From Perkinsus chesapeaki ATCC PRA-425 (taxonomy: Eukaryota > Protista > Perkinsozoa), in NCBI GenBank assembly GCA_013115145.1, contig JAAPAO010000006.1, positions 1-64,000 on the forward strand: 64,000 nt of DNA. The letters are read 5' to 3'. Position 1 is the stretch's first letter, and every line of letters starts with the position of its first letter. A program made the position numbers and the translations under genes. This document shows, one piece after another, positions 48,786-60,800 of this stretch. Below the pieces are notes generated by a model. It saw only the letters and a list, made by a program, of their open reading frames with translations, did no database searches and was not told where the DNA came from.

Positions 48786-51208
48786 CTAATTTTTAAAAAG
48801 CTCTTCAAGCGCCGACATATTGACTCTGTTGCTCAACGACCGAGCCTTCTTCGACAGTGCCATTTGCGTGGCCTCTAATGCTGAGTCTGCTGGTCCGAGA
48901 GCTGATGTTGAATACCTCACATATAGTAGATAACGCTATTATTACTCGTGGAGTGTATTGGACGCTTCCTTGGCTTGTATGTACCATTGCGTTTTGCTTC
49001 TTCTTCGGCTTTCTTCTTTGCTTTACGTTGTTCATCCCTTATTGCCCATTCCATTAAGTATGGCTTATTCCACTGATGCCAGATAGCCGACTTGGCTTCA
49101 GACTCCTCTGGCGTTAATAGATATCTAAACGGTTCAGCTAAACAACATACGAGTCCATAATTAACCATGAAAGAGCCCTTCCACCTAGTTTATTCGTCAA
49201 GATTACCCTTCAATCTCTGAATCGCTAACATCTGATAGGGACTCCTCGCCTTCTTCCAGTGGCTCCTTATTCTGTTTGACATCATCTTCCAACAGGCTAC
49301 TGGGGTCAGCATCTTCACTTGCTTCCTCCGTTTTCCCCGCAACCCTATCGAGCTTTGCTATCAGCTCCCCATCGGTTTCCGCCCCGGATGCTGCCGTTGA
49401 ACGGAGGGCGTTGTATAGCTCATCCACTGAAATGACAGCACGTCGAACTGGTACTGATTTCCACAGCCCCTCAAGGTATTGGCATGAGTCCCTTTATGTA
49501 TTACATTCCGGTAGATCACCTTCGCTTGAGCCTTCCACATGCTGGCTGCTGCTACTGCTACTACTGCTGGACTTCTCTCGATTAGACTCAGTCGGCTCCT
49601 CGTTATGCGGTGCATTAAGCAGCTGCGGGTGTTGAACAGGCTCTCCGTTACTGATGCTCTTATGAACACCTAAAGGCCTCACTGGGATCACCTGGGAAAA
49701 TTATATCAAACGAGGTAGTGTCACGGTTGATAGATATTCTTACGATCTTGGACTCATCTTTGAGCGGGAGACCCAGTAGTTTCATCTTCTCTTCCTTAAT
49801 CCTGTTACGCATCTAAAAGACGAGCCGCATACTGAATCAACACCCGTCACCCACTAGTACCAAACTCGGCGGTAGACTTGTCGTCGCCCGGGCCTCTTCA
49901 GGAAGCGCCATTTGCAACTGCCCATGGGCTCCCGCCTCCTGTACAGAATCTCCCCCGGGTAGGGACCCGTCCGCAGGGTCAGGAGCATTCTCCAATGATT
50001 TGAACTGCTCCGTTGTTAGTGCTGCTGTTGGCGTGTGTTTCAGCTCGTACCTTTCGAGTAAGTTTACAGTATATATCCACATTTCAACCACCCATATTAC
50101 AATCGTCGCTTGAGTGTAACTGCCCCTATTCGAACAACTCCAGCGACCGAATTCGCGGTGACATCTTCGACTCCGTGATACCGAGCTGCTATCAGTAAGG
50201 CTGCACCGCATAGGCCTGTGGGGCGACGACCGGTACCTAATACAAAAAAGTTGATACACGATAAAAGTACCAGGCCTAGGATTACAGATCCAGTCACGGC
50301 TCATAAGCTGTATGAGACGGATAGCAGTATGAACTACTTGATTCTGTTTATCACCCAGACCCAAATGACTTGAGAATCTCTCCATGAACATTGACGGGTC
50401 TATAACCTGAGAGGAGTAGTGATACCAATGATACTAGTCTACTCTTGGTGACTACGGGGATATCCAGAACCTTGTCAAGGCTTAGAAGACGCACTAGCTT
50501 CATGTACCTAGTAACATTATAAAGCTCTTAATAAACAACGATAAAGCTCGATTCGATTGCATACATCTGGCCAATCTCCCTCACACTGACGTGAAGCACA
50601 TCACTGAAGTCAATTAACAGATACGGTGTCCGATCACGACGGCACACGATGTATCTACAGAGAATATAGGCAAGTGATATGAATATGTATATCTTACAAA
50701 CATGCCGCGGCTACCACAGAGGTTTTCCGACCGGCAGTAAAGTTACGTTGGGCAGCCAGAGAGAAAAGACGTTTGGCTTCGTCCATTGTACTTGTCGGCA
50801 ATTCCAGACGATTGCCAATCCATTCAATCTGAGTGTGTAGTCTTTAATTGCAGGATACCTGTGCTACTTACCCTCGTAGATCCTCTTTGTAAGGTAAGCA
50901 GTCTGGAATTCTCACTCGAATATCTGATGAATGGCTACAGTCGACAGGAATAACCAGGTGGCCTACCCTGCTCCTCTGCGGCCTCCACCGCCTAACCACG
51001 GCACCGATTGACCATTTACACCGGTCCTGTCACCGCTCTGGGTGAAGCTTAACTCACATACCACTCTGTTCTCTTCAAGGACCTCACCGCATCCTAGACA
51101 TACTGTTTGTCCCGACCGCCCATCCGTCCTGAGATGATGCAGGCAATGATTGCGCTTTTGCTGAGAAATCACGCGTACTCTGACTCGAGTGACCCGCAAT
51201 GAGGGCAT
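48786..51208 (-). CDS. BRF1: TFIIIB subunit BRF1
   Basis: Zn ribbon DGRSGQTVCLGCGEVLEENRVV; TGRRPTGLCGAALLIAARYHG...TLKRRL...TPTAALTTEQF; C-terminal LSDVSDSEI...YLLTPEESEAKSAIW...NKPYL. Confidence 0.9.
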
Positions 51209-51513
51209 CCTGTAGTTGATGCCATTGTGGGAGCGGAAAGAAACAATGGCTAACATGGAACAGTCTAATTCGCTCTGTAAAGTCAAGCCGGGTCTAACAC
51301 ATGGAAAGTGACCTTCACCGTCACCTCGCGCTGCCCGTGCTCCGCTCCGCTTCTACGTCGTTGCATGTTTACAGTTTTTAGTCGCTGAGTTTTTGTCTCT
51401 GCGTGCAACGCAAGATAATATGTTATGATATCTTTTGTTAAACCACTTCGTGATGCTTTCGAGCTCTCGTGCTTATTTTACTTAGTTCAAAATTTGTCAT
51501 CATTCACTACTTC

Positions 51514-53207
51514 ATGCTACACCATCTTTCTGTTCTACTTCTCGTCTTCCATTCCCCTCTGATAGCTGTCTCAGACCCAGTACTCACGTTCTCATTGAAC
51601 ATATCATCGATGATCCAGCTCGAGGAGGACTTCGACTATCTCGCGTCTGACAGTGGTACGGGGGCGCAATCATTGGTCGTGACAACCTTCCCCTGAGTTC
51701 AGGTATTACGTATACTTTGGCTGAGCTAACACAGCACCGTGAGGACTTTATATCTGCACACCACATTGCCACTAAGAAGGCGAACGGCATGCCTATAGTT
51801 GCCTCCGGGCCAAGTGGTGGACTAAGCCAAATCTTCTGGAAGAGCCGTCCAATGCTGATTGAGAGTCTAGCAGATGCGTTGAATAAAGAAAGGATTAGCT
51901 GGGTTGCATCTGCTAAGCAGGAAAGATTCAAAGGTAAGCTATCTCAATTCGACTGATTTTCGCGATGATGTACGTAGGTGCTTCTGTTGGTGATGTCAAG
52001 TCTCTATGTGGTGCCATTTTGAACGGCCCTTCAAAATTGCCGAAGAAACAGCCGAGTCATCCCAGTTTGCTGAAGGATTTGCCTGATCATTTCGATTCTC
52101 GAGACCATTTCAAAAACTGTTCAGATGTTATTAGTCATATCCGGTAGATATACATAATACATTGTAGAAGAGTTGCTCTTCTCAGAGACCAATCAACTTG
52201 TGGTAGTTGCTGGGCATTTGCCACATCTTCGGCCTTTAGTGACCGTTTATGCATAGTGTCCGGTGGCGAGTTTGACACTATTCCCCTATCTGCTGGGCAT
52301 ACCGCAGCTTGCTGTTCCGAGGCAGAGGGATGTTTGTAAGTCAACTTGTCCATTTATTCAGCGATACTTCTTTCAGCTCCTTTGGTTGTGATGGTGGCCA
52401 ACCTGATAGCGCGTGGCGATGGTTCAACGAGCACGGCGTAGTCTCAGGTGGGATACGTTGCGCCTTTACCATCCGTAGAGCTGTGTTGTAGGAGGTGACT
52501 ACCAACCCGACATTGAGACCTTTGAGCCTAAGCTCGAACCTGGCTGCTGGCCTTACAATTTTCCGCAATGTGCTCATCATGTAGATGTCAAGGGGATGGA
52601 ACCTTGTAAGGGCAACAATCCAACTCCCACTTGCGTCACTCAATGCCGTAATCGCCAGTTCAAGCCATCATTCGATGCGTAAGTTTTACAAATTTAGATT
52701 TTCCCATTGACCTGCTATTCACAGGGATCGTCACTACACTGTAGATGAAGGGAATAGTCTTGATGATGTGGATGAAATCAAACGGGAGATTATCGATAAT
52801 GGACCTGTAAGTTTCGTTGAATTCATAGATTGGGTATGCCCATTCACAAACAGTAATTTGCTTCAGGTTGCCGCTGCCTTCACCGTGTATGAGGATTTCC
52901 CGTATTATAAGTCCGGTGTCTACAAGCATATTCGTGGTGCGGAGTTGGGCGGTCATGCCGTCAAAATCATCGGATGGGGAGTTGATCAAGGTACTCTTAC
53001 CGTAAGTCTCAAAATAATTTACTGTCTATTTTAGACCAGCCTTACTGGTTGGTTGTGAATTCATGGAATGATAATTGGGGTGATAAGGGAACGTTTAAGA
53101 TAGCCTTTGGTGAATGTGGTATAGACTCTGAGGTTACTGTTGGTAAACCCAAATATAAGAACACAGATAAGAGTTCACAGACTGCAGAAGTAGAGATTAT
53201 GTTGTAA
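51514..53207 (+). CDS. Cathepsin B-like cysteine protease with extended N-terminus
   Basis: [20 protein letters not shown] (catalytic Cys), GCDGG, occluding-loop [15 protein letters not shown] (His), [16 protein letters not shown] (Asn). Confidence 0.95.
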
Positions 53208-53444
53208 AGCAACGGCATATATATTTGCTGAGCGATAGGCTCTTATGCCATTCATTCGTTATATTTTTCCGGCCATTTCATCGATAACATGCATTCTATT
53301 ATTATTAATCTTTCACTATTACTCCATGAGTTGTGTCTTGTCAACCGAGATGAGTCATCCCAGATAGGGAGCGTAAAGCCTATTTTTGCGCCTAGCAGCT
53401 GCCAAGACTTTTATTAGGCGGCTTTGACCAAGCGGTGCGACCGA

Positions 53445-53472
53445 TGCTGTGTAGCTCATGAGCTACACAGCA
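53445..53472. repeat. Perfect 28-bp palindrome in a convergent intergenic region
   Basis: TGCTGTGTAGCTCA|TGAGCTACACAGCA. Confidence 0.9.
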
Positions 53473-53749
53473 GCAGAGTATATACCGACACCTGAGCAAG
53501 TCTAAGACCCAATCCCTTGTAAGCTAAAGTCCGAAGCCATAAGTCGGGATGATACAACATTTCTCCTCTCATACAGATCGTGCTAGTATTCGTCGTGTTA
53601 CATTCCGTTCTTACATTTACGTCAATTCGCTACATGCCAGAACTACACCACAACACAACACTGTGGAATGAGAAAAAACACAACTTGACTTAGACGCTCA
53701 GTAATAATCACGACCCTTACCACCTGACATGATCATTTCAAAAAAGCCA

Positions 53750-55400
53750 CTAACCGTCTAGCGTACCTTTGCCATATCCTTTTCCTTGTCCCCAGCCTTT
53801 ACCACCCTTGCTGTAGTTGGCATCTGAGAGAAATAATTACCTCCAGAGAGTTTCTTATTGTACGCGCACATCCATTTCCGCTTGTGGCTCTTGCATTGGG
53901 TGTAAGCACAACACTCCCGGGCTGATAGCTGCCTTTACCGGAACCTATCAAGTGCCAGGTGAACAAGCTACCAACATCCATATTACCATTGCTGCGGGTA
54001 TCGTCTCCTTTTCCTTTCCCCTTGAACCCCTTACCGTGACCTATTAATGATTTTCTGATATGCGACATTGACTAGTCGAGCACCTTTCCCCTTTCCCTTT
54101 CCTTTGCCTTTTCCTTTAGCACCACCTTTTTCGTATTTTCGTATAAGCTCCAGGTTAGCTTGTCGAATACTCTTATCGAATGCAGCCTTGGAGTAGCAGT
54201 CGAGACTACCTGTAGGCAAGGAAACTGAGAGCCTCACATAACTGCGCTACATCACCTCCTCTGTCGGGTACTTTGCCAACATTCACATTTTTAACTATTG
54301 CTGGCATCTCTGGTTTCTCAGCCTTCCGAGATGCTATTTCATGCAAAGCTGCCTAAAACATAACAACTCACAATCTTGATATCCTATCCCATGCTACTTG
54401 GGTATATCCGACGCCTTCATAAGGATAGACATGATCTATTGAAGACCACCGGAATAGTACTTGAGCGCATAACGAGAGGATGTTCAATCTAGAATAATGA
54501 TGCCCCGTACACTAGTGGCAGCTATTTGTTCCTACTTGTCTTCTCTTGGTAATGCGATAAACTTCTTAGATTCCATCATTGCATCTACGCTGATAGCGAA
54601 CCTCCGTAACATATCATCAATTCTAACAGCATACTCCGAATACAACGTGGAGCACAAATCGGGGTTCACTGGCGACAGTCCTTCACCCTGGCCCACACTA
54701 CTGACTTGCGGCGACTTGGTGAGAGCAGTAACAGAGGTTGTGGGCTCAGGCAAGTGAAGTGAACGTACCTAGCAATGCAGGATAATCGAAGCCGAGCGTT
54801 TACTGGCATTCTATCACTTCATGTCTGAGGGCAAGAGTGCCCATCTTTTTCACATTCCCGTCTATCAGTCTTTGGCATTGTACTAGACATAGAAGCTCTC
54901 TCAAAGCTCCTGAGCGAGAGCGATGAATACTAAACATCACAAAAATGTTACCAAGCCGCTGGCTCAACGACAGCGCATTCTCATTGTCACCGAGAACTGA
55001 TGTGATAAGTTCACCACCAATCTCAGCTCGGATCGAGTCGACGACGTCATGCCACTCATCATTCGATACGAGATGAAGAACTTCGAAAGGCGCTACAAGG
55101 GCTGAGGTTTGCCTGACTGGCTGTATGAAGCGAGTAAGGTGTTAACACATGTACTTTCCGCAAACACTATCGTAGGTTTTCTGGAGAACATCAAACACCT
55201 CCTCACATATAACAGAATCTGTTGTATCCATAGTTGGCAATTTCAACAATTACTATCAATGGTATAAGTTCGACTGAACGCAAGATACAGAATGGGTTAT
55301 CGAACGAGACCTTTCGTACGAGAATAGTATTCAGATAGAAGTAGTGTACCATACACAGGGTTCCTTGGAAAGGAATGGTGGTGAGTAGGGGTGACACTCC
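53750..55400 (-). CDS. Hypothetical protein with a C-terminal KG/GK-repeat tail
   Basis: KGGAKGKGKGKGKGA, GKGFKGKGKG, GSGKG, KGYGKG in the last exons. Confidence 0.45.
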
Positions 55401-55549
55401 AATTACTGCTACTAGTTGATCATCTATAAACTGTATGTGCTATCAACTACTATTATTTCTACAGCATTATCGTCCGCAAAGAAATAACGATCAGTGATGT
55501 CATATCACTACAAACACAATCTTTATTCTGAAAGCTTCAACGACCAAAT

Positions 55550-57750
55550 AATGCTACATATTACCGTGGGAAGTTAGCAAGAAAAGTGGCAACATATCAT
55601 TAGGAAACTCAGCAGACCCAGGGATGAAAGGTCCGAACTGTGTCTTCTACCATGGATGTCTTGCGCAATGTTGTAAAGTACTCGTCGGCAAAAATAAGTC
55701 ATCACATGATATAATAGAGTTATTGAAGCAGCCAATAGCGCTTACTGACCCTAAGTAAATATGTAATTCCCCAAACTACCAAACACCCTAGTACCTTCTT
55801 TTTGCCAGGCGGATTGGGTACCCTCGGAGGAGCTTTATGCTTACTCGAGGCTGGTATAGGCACCTCTACACCAGTAGTTATAGGACCACCAAGCTTAGCA
55901 ATACGGACCTGATTACAGAGTTATCGACAATGCGAATGAAGTTACTATTAGATACTACCAATTTGTCAATACTAGCACGACATTTAGGGCAGCGTGCACC
56001 GCCAACGGCCTCATTGCTCGCGATATGGAGGGCGCAAGGCTCACATAGGCCGCCGTGACAGCATGGTAGAGTAACCTACAATGGAAAAGGTATTAATGCA
56101 TACAGAGCACGATTCTCATGTACTTTACCATGTCTCCGGGATTGTCCAAACAAACAGCACATGGAGGAATTGTGTTATCATCAGAGCCAGTTGGTTGCGG
56201 ATAAGATTTGGTGGAATTAGTATCAGCCGGTGCAAAGACAGTTGAACTGTGCCTCAGCAACCGTATCTGAAGTAATCAGACCCAAGTACGACACAGAAAT
56301 GCTACGAGCCGTTATAACCTCGTTATCAGGAGTGGGCTCAACCGTACTCAACCTCCTTTCACCATTACCATACCGGTGGATCCTATTGACCGACCGGCAC
56401 GTGCTACATACAAATACATTAGCGTCGTAACTGCCATAGGAGTAATATAGGAATATTAAAACCAATCTTACCCGACTGGATTGAGTTGATGGCATACATT
56501 ACAAGCTGCCGTATCGCCACCTACTGGCTGATCAACTACAGGAACCGAGTTACCACTCTTCTTTCGTTTAAACTTTCCACATACTGGGCCGCAAGAGAAT
56601 TTACTCCCCATTTAGAAATGATAACAGCCACTGATGGATAATCACCGATAAGAGTGTAATACTACAGTGTTGTAACGCTGGCACAAGAGGAATCATGTCG
56701 CGCAGGCGTTGAGAAATATCAAGATTGCACAAGTTTGTAAGATCAGGCGGGGCACGAATACGAAAACATAAAGACTGTCATAATCGACATGGGCGGCAAA
56801 TCTGCCTTACTACCCCTACCGTCCCTTGCCTTCCCCCTATATCACGGTTGGAGGGGTAAAACACAACGCTAGTATTAACGTTAGAAGCTCGTGTACTATG
56901 CCACAACCACAGTAGAGAACCTTCAAAAGGGTTAAAAATTCGCGCTCAATTCGTTTAGCTCTCCTCTCACTGATTTCTCGATTCGCATTCGCTATTTCAA
57001 TCGAATGTATCGCTACATTCCCGCTACTCTGAATTGGCATGGTCAAGGAGGGCATCACTCCGATTAGACCAGCATTACAGGGAATTTTGGTAGCGGAGGA
57101 GAAATGGATACACACGAAACCTTCTCGCAACTCCCTGTAGGGTACGGATGCTTAAAAAGCCGCCTTATCAACTCTCTAAGAACATGTAACCCATCCCAGA
57201 ACCAATCGAATAGCTATCGATGAGGAATAGCTCCAATGAAGGGCAACTCAAGGGTAATTAGCGTTGTTGACTGCATGCATAGAACTCCAATGCCTTGCAC
57301 ACAAACTCTGTACGCCAGTGAGGCGCTCGGCGTCGAATGAAAGGGACAAGGTCTCACATTTACAATGGTGTCAGCAGCACGATTAAAGCCGACCCATCTC
57401 ATGCGCAGCTTGAGCTTCCCCAACGGTCGGTTGTCTTACGAGAGAACATCGAGCATGATGCCGCAGAATCTACCACCATGGAGGGCATGCATTTTGAAGT
57501 TGGAAAAAGTGGCATCATTACATACCACAATGAGGACAGGAAGTTACAGTAGCAGGTTATTTCAAAATCGAACACATTCACGCTGGCATAGAAGCCCTTG
57601 TTCCATGCATTGGCCATAGCGCCACCAGAATATACAAGTAGCTGGCAATGCGGGTTTCAGTTCTATGTTGGCATGCTTGCCGAACTTGCAATTCATTGCC
57701 GAGTGATAGTGAATGATCAGTATCCAGTAGGTAAGCTGGAAAACACTCAC
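55550..57750 (-). CDS. RING-HC (C3HC4_3-type) E3 ligase-like protein with upstream hydrophobic segments
   Basis: PPCAVCLDNPGDMV / HGGLCEPCALHIASNEAVGGARCPKCR, and an upstream CSTC motif. Confidence 0.6.
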
Positions 57751-57849
57751 TACTAGTAGTTAACCAATCAAAAATCTGTGAACCCCAATTTTCACATCCC
57801 CATGACACACATTTCCTCAGGACGAAGTGGAGAAATTCACTTATTCCTT

Positions 57850-60800
57850 GTTCACTTGGGTGTGTAAGCCCAAGGGAGCACGTTTGGGGTGCACTCCCAA
57901 CCGACCAGCAACTCGGTTGTGCTGTACCAGTCGATAACCAAAGAAATGATGGAATGCACGGTCATCACCAGTGAGGTTGGCGATGTGTTGATTCTACGAA
58001 TCATTCTAACATGGGCGAAGTTGACGATTATCATCCTATAGTTATTCCGAGGAGGCGATTCACTAACAGAAACAGTTCCATTTCTAAACTCCAAGAGAAA
58101 GCGTAACTAATGAATGATTAGAAGCACGCTAGAAGCGGATGATTGTGATTCATAATTTCAGACGAGGGTTCGCAAGACGCGCCAACCCATCACAATGTGC
58201 TGCAGCAGCGAACAGCGATCGGTAGCCCACCACTTATATTCCCTGGAGATTGAGAACGAAGCGACTGCTGTAGATTCGGACGAATAACTGTAAACGGCTT
58301 TGGTCATCATGAGATAATTAAGATCCCTTGCAACTTTCATTTTGTAATCATCAGCTTTCGGCGTGATCATCTACTTTGGTGTCCTCCATCACCCAACTCC
58401 CATTCGACCTCTCACCGCCTTCTGAGGACCTTATGGAGGACAATGCTACAGAGGGCGAAAGACATTACCTTCCCTCCGATGCTGGGCTGTCAGAAGCCTT
58501 AGGTGAGAGGGTCTCGGCATGCTGCATGGAATCAGAAGAATAACACCTGAGGAGGAATATAATCCCAGAAGTACTCACTACTTGTATGGTAATACTGGGC
58601 CTCGTAGTGCTGAGGGTCTCGACCGATAAAGATTTTCGAAGGATTCGATCCTTCAAGCAAAGCCGGCCGCACCGTGGCTCTCATAATCTGTGAGAGTAGG
58701 AAGATCTCGGAATGATTCGTAAGGTGATTCCTAAGACGGAGACCTACAATGTCTCCGGTATCATGGAGCCAGCCTTTTTCCTTATTCATAAGTTCATCGA
58801 TATCAATAAGATGCGGGCACCCCCAACTCTGTCTATCACTTCCATTAAACTCATGAGTGCAGGACCATTCCTGAGAGTGAAGCCCTCCAATAGGCGATAG
58901 CAATATGAGCACATCAATGGAGATAACATCGCTTCGTCACGGTGTGGACGGCACCGATGATGCCGTAGACGTAGAAATAAGGAAAGACAGCCCGCTCAGT
59001 GTGGTAGCAGTGCAATCCACTTACAATCGACATGGCGTTATCCTTGCTGTTTAATAGGACTATTCGAAGCTTTAAGAAGCTGGGCAGGTTGTCATCTGAG
59101 AATGGAACTAACACAGTCCAAAGCTGGTATATCATGTATATTCAGTGAGGGATCGCAGAAATGCGAGCTATTCAATTTTTATTGCGCCAGACTGTATATC
59201 CGACGGCTAGGCCATTCTCGTGAGACTTTTTGCATTAACTTGAAGCTATGTGAATTGACCATATCAATCCCAAACTTACTTCGTTTCCCCAACAGGTGTA
59301 TATAAGCAGCAAGACCACGCTTACCGTCCTCCCCCTCAATACCGCCAGGATATACGGCAAGCTAAAGCGACAACGGGAACAAAGTGATAAGGACCTTGTC
59401 AGTCGCATCGGAGAAGCATCCCGACCGAGATTGGCAGCAAGAAGTATATCACTGACGTTTCGAGTTCACATATTGCGGCCTACTTGAAATTTATAGTTTC
59501 CTTTCCATGTTGGTGGTGATTTAAATTCATCTCCGATATCATATTCTTCACGACCGTTGAATCGGACTTCATGCTCATCAGGCTTAAGTGGGTTTGGATC
59601 TTCCTCAACCACTGATGCAGTAGCTCGGAATACCTGTTTAACAAATAATTTTCGATATATATTGAGCCTTGACCAGTGCCAGACTAGCACTAGTAGTGCT
59701 GCACTACTAGTAAGCCCCAATTGCTCACCAGTTTGTCATTCGCGTCGAGCCAACCATTCTCTTTCGAAAGTGTAGATCGATCTACGAAGTCCGAGAAACC
59801 ACGCCCCCCACCGGGATAGCGGAACCCTGTGAGGCGACGAACCTGGACGACGGCGGCAGTGACAGAATACAGGACCAAGCCATTACGATAGACTTGACCC
59901 TGTCGTGGTGGTTCACGAGCTCCATTGTGCATTGAATTTGTGATCCGAAAGGAAAGGCATCGACTGTACCTGCTCGAACAGTGACTTGCTCATGGAGCTA
60001 TCGGCAGCAACTCCGGTGTAATCACAAGTTAAGGCGCCCATAGCATGAATTGCCACTGTCTGTTGTATACCAGCCATTCATGCTTCAAAGCGTATATCTA
60101 TTCCATGACGATATTAGTAGTGCAGAGAAGTTTCGTATAAGTGATAAATGGGAACATGAGCTTTGATTCGGGCTGATGGCATACCGCGCACTCTCTCTGT
60201 GTCAGTGACATGATATCACGATACCGTTTCAGCTAACAATAGTAGTCGAGTGTGTTGCCCAGACGCATCATCTGTTCACCTATCTTTTCGTTGAAATTAA
60301 CGAAAGCTCCCAAATATCCTTCCTTGCTCCTGGAATCGCCGCTGGGATACACTTGTAACTGACCCGTGGTTGCTGTTGCACGATTAATCACGAAGTTTAG
60401 AAAGATACCCGATGATGGGACGGCAAAATGGAATATGCCAACGTAGTATACCGATCAGTCTCACATATACTTCAGAAGCGATAGGTTAGTATGGCCAGAA
60501 ATCTTTCCATTCAACGAAAGCTATACAGTCAGCAAGGACGCTCACTCACGTGGTAGCTGAAGGAATCTGTCACCATTGTCGGGGATTTCACGACAGTACT
60601 AGTATCTTTGGGGTCGACTTGGAACTCCATGGTCACACTTGAAAAATACTTAGGGGAATGGACCCTGCTTTTCTATGTCTTCAGGCGAAGCCACAGAGGA
60701 TATAAAAAAACTCAGCGCTGGAAGCTCACACCAATGCCATCAAGATTCTCGCTGGAGTAGATGATGGCATCGGATAATGGAATTTCGACGATGGAAATAC

